A model generated the notes under the pieces. That model worked only from the letters and a program-made list of their open reading frames with translations. It did no database searches and had not been told where the DNA came from. From Candidatus Bathyarchaeota archaeon (GTDB lineage: Archaea > Thermoproteota > Bathyarchaeia > Bathyarchaeales > Bathycorpusculaceae), in assembly GCA_963775895.1 (NCBI GenBank), contig CAVZKL010000010.1:58265-122264 (forward strand): 64,000 bases of DNA, given 5' to 3'. Numbering within the stretch: the first letter of the stretch is position 1; each line of letters starts with the position of its first letter. The translations under genes were made by a program, and so were the position numbers. Shown here in pieces: positions 52,779-61,083 of this stretch.

Positions 52779-54105
52779 TTGAAGAAAACGGTGTTGCTTC
52801 TCTTCGTCGCATCCATTTCACTTACATTGGTCTGCACACCTACGATAGTCGTGAAAGGACGCGAAGAAGGAGCGTACAGTTTAGGAGTCTACTCTGAATC
52901 CAGTTGCATCTATCCCTTCCGTTTCAACTTCTTGGCTCTTAACAGGGGGGACGCAAAGAACGTCACTGCGTACCTGAGAAACGATGGAACTGAAAACGTG
53001 ACTGAAATCACGACGACAGCTTGGTCTTGGAGTCCGCCTTCGGCCGCAGAGTACGTGGGGTTGACGCTTGACTGTGGCAGTCAGTTTCTTCAGCCCAGTG
53101 ATGTGACGGATGGTACGTTTACGATTCACGCGTACGAGAATGCCTCGTTAGGCTCATTCACTTTTCTCCTTGACGTAGATGCCCACTATGGCGCTGTAAT
53201 TTTCACTAAAACGCTCATTGTGGATGGTTACATAGCTGAGCCTCATCCCGTGTTCTCCGTGTTTTCCGATCATGGAAGCCCGACCCCGTCCGTTGGAGAC
53301 CACACCTACAATTCTTGGGACAGTATAATGTGTTCGGTCGCGCCCGTTGTGGAAGAGAATGGGCTTTATTGGGCTTGCACAGGGTACAACGGTACGGGCA
53401 CGATTGAAGGAACCAGTAGCTTTTGGGCTGCATTTTTCCCGATACTCGAAAACTCCAGCATCACGTTCAACTGGCAACAGATTCCCTCGTTCAACACGAC
53501 TCTAACCTTCTCGCGAGCCTCTTACTCGTATGTGGCAGCAGAAGCGTTCAACGTGACAGTCGTCGCGCAGAACGTCAAGAATCTGCAAGCATGGCAGATA
53601 GGGTTAAGCTACGATCCCAACATCCTCGAATACGTAAACGTGTCGATCCCTTCGGACAACGTTTTCCAGGGTCACGACGTGCAATTGCTGGGGCCTGACA
53701 CCAGCGTTCCAGGCTACGTAGTGTTAGGGTTGGGACCAACACCAGAAGACCTCTTCTCGGTTAATGGGTCTGGCAAGTTGTGCACGTTCACTTTCGTTGG
53801 CAAGAGTCCTGGCAACTCGTCACTAACTCTCTCGAATTTCGGCCTTTGACACCTTTCTGTTGAACGCTTCTGTGAATGACATTCGTTTCATGGTTGGAAA
53901 CAGCTGTGCGAGCTCTGTCAAATTCCACGGCGACGTTAACAAGGACGGAGTCGTCAACATGAGAGACGTCAGCGAAGCGCTATTGGCATTCAACTCCTTC
54001 CCAGGCACGAACAGATGGAACGCCAATGCAGACTTGGACAACAACGATCACGTCGACATGAGAGACATAGTCATGATAATCGTCAACTTCAACAAGCACG
54101 AGTAA
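52779..54105 (+). CDS. Secreted surface protein with cohesin and dockerin domains (frameshift ~53845)
   Basis: Signal peptide; FNVTV...LSYDPNILE...GSGKLCTFTF cohesin; DVNKDGVVNMRD...DLDNNDHVDMRD dockerin. Confidence 0.82.
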
Positions 54106-54150
54106 GCCACGCGCGCGCTAAGCCTGTGTCTCGACTAACTGCGTTTGCCA

Positions 54151-54242
54151 TGAAGGTTTATTCGCTGAAAAAAAGCTTATTGTGTACCCTACCCTCCTCG
54201 GTTTCAATGTATCATGAATATTAGGATCCAAATATGCCCGGT
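54151..54242 (+). repeat. ~85-bp dispersed non-coding element, copy 3
   Basis: Matches copy 2 apart from the C/T tract. Confidence 0.95.
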
Positions 54243-54375
54243 AAAGGATGTTCGGCGAGCGCGCGCTGCTTACAAGCTTCACCGCATTCTAGGTGTGCGC
54301 TGGCAGTGGCTTCAACGTTACACGAAGGTGTGGAAAAGATTTATTAGAACGAAGTTAGGATTGTCGGTGCGGGTC

Positions 54376-55422
54376 ATGGAGACCCAAATAAGCGAGATTC
54401 AGAAACCCGAAAGAGACGCAAAACAAATTCGTATTGACCTTTTGAAGACCACAAAGGACAGGCACAGGCTTCTCGCCAAACCGGAACTGCACGCGATTGT
54501 GAAGATTGAGTCAAGTCTGCTGAAAGGTGCCAGAGAATACTTCGAAAAGCAGGGCTTCAGTGAAATCGTCGTTCCCCACATGACGAAGGCAACGGGGGCA
54601 TGCGAAAACATCGCAACGATGTTTGAAATAGACTATTTTGGACCCAAAAGGTACCTGAGCCAAACCGCACAACTCTACTTGGAAGTTCTAACACCGTTCT
54701 TGGACAAAGTGTGGTGCACTGGACCCAGTTTTCGCGCAGAACCGATAGCCGACGAACGACACTTGACTGAATTCACTCTGATCGAACTGGAATTCGCAGG
54801 AGGCTTTGAGCAACTTCTGCAACACGTTGAAAACGTAATATGTTCGATGATCGACTCTGCACTCAGGGAAAGCGCCAAAGAGCTCACTTTCCTCAACGCT
54901 GACACAGAAAGACTCAGAGGAATCAGAAGACCTTTCCAAAGAATGTCATACACAAAGGCTGTCGAACTGCTCTCAGACTTTCAGGTCGAATGGGGCGACG
55001 ATCTTAAGAGCGCTCATGAAAAGTTGCTCGTAACACTCACTGGCAATCAACCGCTTTTCATCACGCACTTCCCAAAGACCATGAAGTTCTTCAACATGAG
55101 AGAAAACGACGAAAACCCAGCGATTGTTAACAGCGCAGATTTACTGCTGCCTTCAAGCGGCGAAGCAGTCGGCGCAGCCGAAAGAGAGTACAGATACGAA
55201 AAACTTCGTCAGAGACTACAAGGCTCCTCGATGTTCAGACAGCTTGTCGAAAAAGGCGGAAGCATCGAAGACTTCGGATGGTACCTTGAATTCTACGAAA
55301 ACCATGGGATCCCGCACTCTGGATGCGGCATCGGCCTGAACAGGATCACACAATTCGTGCTAAACACGGATGACATAAGAGCAACAACAGCCTTTCCAAT
55401 GAACCGGGAGTCCATTCTGTAA
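54376..55422 (+). CDS. asnA: Archaeal asparagine synthetase A (AsnRS-like catalytic core without anticodon domain)
   Basis: YLSQTAQLY, FRAE...RHLTEFT, GAAERE, HSGCGIGL.R; no OB-fold. Confidence 0.78.
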   Translation: METQISEIQKPERDAKQIRIDLLKTTKDRHRLLAKPELHAIVKIESSLLKGAREYFEKQGFSEIVVPHMTKATGACENIATMFEIDYFGPKRYLSQTAQLYLEVLTPFLDKVWCTGPSFRAEPIADERHLTEFTLIELEFAGGFEQLLQHVENVICSMIDSALRESAKELTFLNADTERLRGIRRPFQRMSYTKAVELLSDFQVEWGDDLKSAHEKLLVTLTGNQPLFITHFPKTMKFFNMRENDENPAIVNSADLLLPSSGEAVGAAEREYRYEKLRQRLQGSSMFRQLVEKGGSIEDFGWYLEFYENHGIPHSGCGIGLNRITQFVLNTDDIRATTAFPMNRESIL

Positions 55423-55586
55423 GACCATTTCCCCATTTTTTTCTTTGATTGAACACTGAAACACGTTATTCCACTATTTTGGAGAATTCTCCCGCAACCC
55501 CGACTTTCTTCTGAGTCGTTGGGTGTACTACGTCTGGTTTGTCAACCTTTGAAGAACGGTGTGACCGTTTGGAAACGCTTATAAGT

Positions 55587-55611
55587 ATGAAGTATTGTTC
55601 ATATGAACAAT
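55587..55611. promoter_or_regulatory. ArsR/SmtB-type operator
   Basis: ATGAA-N6-TTCAT overlapping the perfect palindrome ATTGTTCATATGAACAAT, just after TATA-like CTTATAAG. Confidence 0.7.
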
Positions 55612-55632
55612 GTGTCATGTGAGTTGACGTGG

Positions 55633-56007
55633 ATGAAGCGAGGACTATCTGAGACGTGTTATGTGTTCTTTAAGGTTCTGGCAAATCCGACAAGACTGGC
55701 TATTCTGGAAGCCTTGCGCGATAGGTCAAGAAGTGTTACGGAAATTGCGGAAAGTCTCAAGCAAGAACAAAGCATGATTTCTCATAATCTTAAAGCTCTG
55801 GAAAGATGCAGGTTTGTTTTCTCTGAAAGGAAGGCAAAACAGCGTATCTATTCACTGAACCGCGAAACAATAGAACCCTTGTTCAAGTTGTTCATTAACC
55901 ATTCTCAAAAGTACTGTCCGACGGGCGGTAAATGTCTCACTGAAAAGGGGCTGAGACGACTGAGAAAGAAGCAAGCTTCCGTTCAGCTTCATGTGACTCA
56001 TGAATGA
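55633..56007 (+). CDS. ArsR/SmtB-family regulator
   Basis: FFKVLANPTRLAIL, SVTEIAE, QSMISHNLK.L. Confidence 0.9.
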   Translation: MKRGLSETCYVFFKVLANPTRLAILEALRDRSRSVTEIAESLKQEQSMISHNLKALERCRFVFSERKAKQRIYSLNRETIEPLFKLFINHSQKYCPTGGKCLTEKGLRRLRKKQASVQLHVTHE

Positions 56008-56020
56008 CAATGGAGGTGAT

Positions 56021-56197
56021 ATGATGAGTAAAGATAAAATGAAGATGTTCACTTGCCCAGCATGCGGATGGACCGTCAAAACGCCATGGGGAGAAAATGA
56101 CATAATGGACCACGCCATGATGCACTCGAAGAATCATCATACTGAAATGATGAACACCCCGAAATCGGAACTAATGAAGTTGATAAAGGACGCATAG
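56021..56197 (+). CDS. DUF1059-like small metal-binding protein
   Basis: FTCPACGW...H...H..HH. Confidence 0.65.
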   Translation: MMSKDKMKMFTCPACGWTVKTPWGENDIMDHAMMHSKNHHTEMMNTPKSELMKLIKDA

Positions 56198-56277
56198 ATC
56201 AATCATGCTGTGGACAACATAGCTCGTGATAACACAGAACGCGACAAGTGCACAAGATGTTGAGGAGGTGAGAAGGT

Positions 56278-56541
56278 TTGATCTTCGTAAGTTTTGGGAG
56301 GTTTAAGAAGAAGCCAAGCAAGGAAACGTCGGCCGGAGTAACAAGAATGCTTGACGAGGCCAAAAAACACGGTATCAAGATTCGGGGATTCTACTGGACT
56401 CTGGGACGCTATGATACGGTTATGATACTTGAAGCCCCCGACGAGAAAGTGGCCATGGAAATGTCCATCGAAGCGGCCGATGTGGTAGCGACTGAAACGA
56501 TGGTAGCTATCCCAAGGGAAGAAGCAATCAAGCTCCTTTAA
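56278..56541 (+). CDS. GYD domain protein
   Basis: YWTLGRYD.V..EAPD. Confidence 0.85.
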   Translation: MIFVSFGRFKKKPSKETSAGVTRMLDEAKKHGIKIRGFYWTLGRYDTVMILEAPDEKVAMEMSIEAADVVATETMVAIPREEAIKLL

Positions 56542-56586
56542 GGAACAAGGATTGCAGCATAAGACCGGGAGGGAGGTGAAAAAATC

Positions 56587-57033
56587 ATGTCGAAAAACCT
56601 GCAGAAGCCAGAAGAGCATCATGAGGAACTGGTGAATGGGCTCTACGATCAGATGAAGATGATCCTTGACTCGTCGGAGCAGCCGATCGACATTTACTTG
56701 GACGACAATCACAAGGTCTGTAACGGCAGATTCGCCGCTCTCCTAGGTTACAAATCGCCGAAGGAATGGGCTGACGTTAAGGGATTCCTAGATCCCTTTG
56801 TAAGCGAGAAAAGTCAGGGAACCGTATCTTCGACCTACTGGGATGCTATGAAGAAGATGATTGGCTCGACTATACAAGTGACTTGGAAGAAGAAAGATGG
56901 CGGAACCATTGATTCAACGGTCATATTCGTACCCGTGGCCTACCAAGGGCACCTTTTCGCAGTTCACTTCGTGTCCAAGGTTGCCCTTGATGGCGACAAA
57001 TCTACGTTAAGAACCTTGACAAATAGCCATTGA
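56587..57033 (+). CDS. PAS-like small protein
   Basis: CNGRFAALLGY, KKKDG. Confidence 0.6.
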   Translation: MSKNLQKPEEHHEELVNGLYDQMKMILDSSEQPIDIYLDDNHKVCNGRFAALLGYKSPKEWADVKGFLDPFVSEKSQGTVSSTYWDAMKKMIGSTIQVTWKKKDGGTIDSTVIFVPVAYQGHLFAVHFVSKVALDGDKSTLRTLTNSH

Positions 57034-57166
57034 TGGTTTCTACAAATGGTTCTTCCAGCTTTATGTCGTAATGTTCTGCCAAAACGAACATAGCGCGCGC
57101 ACTGGCTGTGCGGGTTGGAAAAACTCTTAGCTTCGGTTCGGCATTGTTTGTGTGAATGGTTGGTAG

Positions 57167-58536
57167 TTGATGATTCGTCTGGGCTTTGACAAGGGAACTC
57201 TGGTTTTGCACGGGCAGGTGGGTACTCCTTACGGAGTATGGGATCCTAGGGTGAATTGTTACCGAATCAAGGCCATGTATTATCGTGAGGTGCTGGCGTA
57301 TCTGAGGGAGAGCAGGCTTGATTTTGTGGATGAGGTTCCTTGTCTTCCGCCTCTGGAATCGTTGAAGGATGTTGTGAAGCTGCGGCCGTACCAGAGTGAA
57401 GCGTTGGAGAGGTGGCGTCTTGCGGGTTTGAGGGGGATTCTGGTGTTGCCGACGGCTGCTGGAAAAACCTACATTGCCTTGAAAGCCATAAGCAGTTTGA
57501 GAACTCAGGCGTTGATCGTTGTTCCGACGTTGGATCTGATAGATCAGTGGAGGGCGCGTGTGCAAGAGTATTTGGGCGTGGACGCTGGAGCCGTGGGCGG
57601 GGGAGAGTGCAAGGTGAAGATGGTAACGGTTTCGACGTACGATTCTGCCTACATTCAGGCTGAGCAGTTGGGAAACAGGTTCATGTTCTTGATTTTCGAC
57701 GAGACTCATCATCTGGCGTCACCGAATTACTTGCAGATAGCTGAGATGTACATCGCACCGTACCGCATGGGGTTGACGGCGACTCTGGAGAGGAGCGACG
57801 AGAGACATGAGCTTCTTCCCAGCTTGATAGGGGATCTGATCTACACGGTGGACGTGGAGACGCTTGCAGGCAAGCATCTCTCGCCGTACTCGCATGAGAA
57901 AGTGTACGTGAACTTGACGTCTGACGAGCAGCAGACGTACGATGCTGAGATGGGCAAGTTTAGGGGTTACTTGAGAGAGAAGGGCATCACGCTGAGGAGC
58001 GCTGAGGATTTCCAGAGGTTCATAATGATCACTGGCAGAGACCGCCTTGCCAGAGAGGCTCTTCTCGCCAGAAACCGAGCCTTGAAGGTTGCTTTGAACT
58101 CTGAAGCAAAACTGGACTATCCTAGCCGAGCAGCTGAATGAGTACAAGGATGAGAAGATCCTGATATTCACTTTGCACAACGATCTCGTGTATGCCATAA
58201 GTCGCAGGTTCCTTTTGCCGGCGTTGACGTACCAGACGCCCAAGGAGGAGCGACGCGAGATAATGGAGAATTTCAGGAGCGGAAAGTACAGGATAATAGT
58301 GACTTCTCAGGTTCTTGACGAGGGAGTGGATGTTCCGGACGCTTCGGTCGGGTTTATTCTGAGCGGAACCGGAAGCACGAGAGAGTACATTCAGCGACTC
58401 GGGAGACTGCTCGAGAAAAGTCGAGGGCAAAAAGGCCAAGATCGTTGAGATAGTGTCGAGAGAAACGGTGGAAGTGAGGACGAGCCGCAGACGCGTGGCA
58501 AAGCGAGTTCCAGGCGAAAGTCATGCTGCCCAGTGA
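57167..58536 (+). CDS. xpb: XPB/Rad25-like SF2 helicase (two frameshifts)
   Basis: LRPYQ, PTAAGKT, DETHH, GLTAT, DEGVDVP, IQRLGR. Confidence 0.88.
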
Positions 58537-60100
58537 ACTTCTCGCGGTGTGGAAAAGGAAAGGTGCGATCACCCCTCGGTACGCGAGGCTTTCTCCGGAG
58601 AACCTGGAAGTTTCCAGCATCCTCATCGATGCTTACAAGCGGCATTTGGGCGAGAGGAAGAAGGAGATCAAACGGGTCGTCGTCGAACTTGAGGATTATG
58701 GTTATGAGTACCGTTTCGTCAGAGGTTTATCTTTGCTTCTTGACAGGAGAAGCAGTTTCAGGCGTGACAGTCGCGGTGACTCCGTTAAGCTTAGGAGAAC
58801 GATTTACGAGGCAACTGGAAAGCTGGGCCCGCCGACAACGTTTGAAGACAGAAGACGGATAGTGGAGTCGGTTGCGTCGGAGTTGAAGTTGACGGCGGAG
58901 GTTGTTGAGGAGCTTTTGTACGCTGACTTGGACCTTGAGCTGATCCTTGACGCTTTTGAACCGCCATCACCGGAAGAGCTGCTGAAACAGTACAACCTGA
59001 GCCTGACGCAGACGCTCATGTTCGACTCAACCGAGATGAGTTTCACGTCAACGGGCAACTGGCAACGCATCTTCCACTCCATCAAGAGAGCAGGGTTGAT
59101 CTACGACATCACTCGGAACGGAAGCTTTCGAGTGCACATAGACGGACCGGGCAGCCTGTTCAAGCTCACGAGAAGGTACGGGACATCCATAGCCAAGCTT
59201 ATCCCGGTCGTTGTTTCAAGCCCAGACTGGAAGATAGAGGCTAAGATACTGTGGAAGTACACGAACGAGATATGCGATTTCAAGCTTGAATGCTCAAAAC
59301 ACGGTGCACTGTTGAAGAAGCAACACGCGGAATCTGTGACTTATGACAGCGCGGTCGAGGAGGATTTTGCTTTGCGTTTTAACGCGTTGGACTCGGGGTG
59401 GCAGCTGAAGAGGGAGCCGGAGCCGATCGTGGCCGGCAAACGAGTGATCATACCGGACTTCTCCCTGGAAAGAGACGGGCTGAAAGTGTTCTTGGAAATC
59501 ATCGGGTTCTGGACTGCGGAGTACTTGAAGCGCAAGGTTGAGAAACTGAGCCTGGTCGACGTTGACATGCTCTTGGCGGTCGATGAGACGTTGGCCTGCG
59601 AGAAAGTTACAAACCTGGAGAAACAGGGAAAACGTGTGATCTACTTCCGTAATAAGATCCCGCTTGCGCCGATCCTGCGTTATCTGCAGGAAGCTTTTCA
59701 AGAAGTACGGGCGAAGCAGATCGAAGTTCTGGGGAACCTGCCCATAACGTTCACGGAGCCCATGGTTAGCTTCAAGGAGTTTGCCGCTAGAATCGGCACG
59801 TCGGTGGAAGCTGCAAAGTATGCTTTAACCGCGAAGAAACCAGAAGGATACGTGATTCTGGACGACGGCCTGGTCAGAATGGACAAGGTGGAACAGGTCA
59901 AGAAGAGAATAGACGAGTACATGAGCCTGAAAGGGCATCTGCCGTACTCGGAGGCAGCGAAAATAATGGAAGATGAGCAGATCAGTGACATGAACACGCT
60001 TTTGACGGCGCTGGGGTACAGAATCCTGTGGCACGGAATCAGCGATGAACAGGCCGAAGTGATCAGAAACAGCAACCAAACGTCTGAGACGCAAACGTAG
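58523..60100 (+). CDS. bax1: Bax1 (DUF790) endonuclease
   Basis: MLPSELL, YADL, YNLSL.Q, GP.SLF...YG, REPEP..IPDF, EIIGFWT.EY. Confidence 0.88.
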   Translation: MLPSELLAVWKRKGAITPRYARLSPENLEVSSILIDAYKRHLGERKKEIKRVVVELEDYGYEYRFVRGLSLLLDRRSSFRRDSRGDSVKLRRTIYEATGKLGPPTTFEDRRRIVESVASELKLTAEVVEELLYADLDLELILDAFEPPSPEELLKQYNLSLTQTLMFDSTEMSFTSTGNWQRIFHSIKRAGLIYDITRNGSFRVHIDGPGSLFKLTRRYGTSIAKLIPVVVSSPDWKIEAKILWKYTNEICDFKLECSKHGALLKKQHAESVTYDSAVEEDFALRFNALDSGWQLKREPEPIVAGKRVIIPDFSLERDGLKVFLEIIGFWTAEYLKRKVEKLSLVDVDMLLAVDETLACEKVTNLEKQGKRVIYFRNKIPLAPILRYLQEAFQEVRAKQIEVLGNLPITFTEPMVSFKEFAARIGTSVEAAKYALTAKKPEGYVILDDGLVRMDKVEQVKKRIDEYMSLKGHLPYSEAAKIMEDEQISDMNTLLTALGYRILWHGISDEQAEVIRNSNQTSETQT

Positions 60101-60169
60101 CACAGCGCGTGCTGAAGCGATTTCTCCAAACGCTCAATCAAACTCGATTATTTCCGCAAATGAAGCTTT

Positions 60170-60188
60170 TGGTGGGTCGCCGGGATTT
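60170..60188 (-). other. tRNA 3'-end remnant (att-like), Pro-like
   Basis: Minus strand AAATCCCGGCGACCCACCA = half T-loop, T-stem, acceptor 3' strand and CCA. Confidence 0.55.
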
Positions 60189-60304
60189 AGCGCGCGGAGA
60201 TGTCCCCCGCTTTTTCCCCTTTTTGCTGCCGAGACTCAGGGGTAAAGTTTTAGCGCTCTGAGGCTATATAGAACTTCTAAAGGATATGCTTCAAGGTTGT
60301 CGCT

Positions 60305-61051
60305 ATGACTTGTATAATTGGAGTGGTTTGCAAAGATGGAATAGTGATGGTCGGCGATAGGAAGGTAAAAGCTGATGAAAGAGCCACATATCAGAATAAG
60401 ATAATTCCTGTAAAGAAGTATGGTAATTTAGTGGTGGCAGCTTCAGGAATAGTAGATGTTCGAGAGAAATTCATTCAGGATATAAAGAATCTGCCCGCTC
60501 TATTGAGAGAAAAAGTACTCAAGAAGGACCCGTCGAGAGGATTTGTAGGACTGGTGGAAGACATTGCTCATAGGCTGTGGGAGATTTACAAGCCTCGATA
60601 CGAAGCCGAGTACATAGATTATGAGAATGATGCTCTTGGGGCGTTCGTTTGTCAAAAAGAGGAGGGGAGTCGACCATCTCTCTACTGTGTCGACTCGGTA
60701 GGAATCTCAAGCAGGGTGGATGACTATATGGTTTTGGGGTCAGGCGAACCATATGCACATACTATTTTGAAACCATGCTACCAAAAGGGGGCAGTCATGG
60801 ACAGGATAGCTGCGATTGGAGCATTTATCATCCTTCTGGTGGACTATTGGAAGATTGATGAATCAATCGGCATAGAAGAGAATGGTAATGCCCAAATATG
60901 GAAATTCCCCAACAAATCGGACCCATATGAAGTACGCGGCGCGGAACTCGAAGAAATCATGAGACAGGCGCGTGAATTATTGCAAAGATTCAGTGTCTTT
61001 CTCTTGATAGGAGAAATGCCGTCAGAGATAGCACACATGTTGGAGAAGTAA
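60305..61051 (+). CDS. Stand-alone proteasome-beta-like Ntn hydrolase
   Basis: M-TCIIG..CKDGIVMVGDRK, K, SG, LGSG; Thr directly after Met. Confidence 0.75.
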   Translation: MTCIIGVVCKDGIVMVGDRKVKADERATYQNKIIPVKKYGNLVVAASGIVDVREKFIQDIKNLPALLREKVLKKDPSRGFVGLVEDIAHRLWEIYKPRYEAEYIDYENDALGAFVCQKEEGSRPSLYCVDSVGISSRVDDYMVLGSGEPYAHTILKPCYQKGAVMDRIAAIGAFIILLVDYWKIDESIGIEENGNAQIWKFPNKSDPYEVRGAELEEIMRQARELLQRFSVFLLIGEMPSEIAHMLEK

Positions 61052-61083
61052 GCACTGCTGATGCAGAATATGCTACTGCTGTC

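Noticed and set aside
36054-54242. Calling the repeats a CRISPR array or dif sites
   Set aside because: Only solitary copies 8-10 kb apart with no repeat-spacer periodicity or cas genes; palindrome lacks the TAA-N6-TTA dif core.
54214-54375. N-terminal extension MNIRIQICPV... on asparagine synthetase
   Set aside because: Starts inside the dispersed repeat and crosses a GCGCGCGC site; the ATG at 54376, downstream of a TATA-like element, is more plausible.
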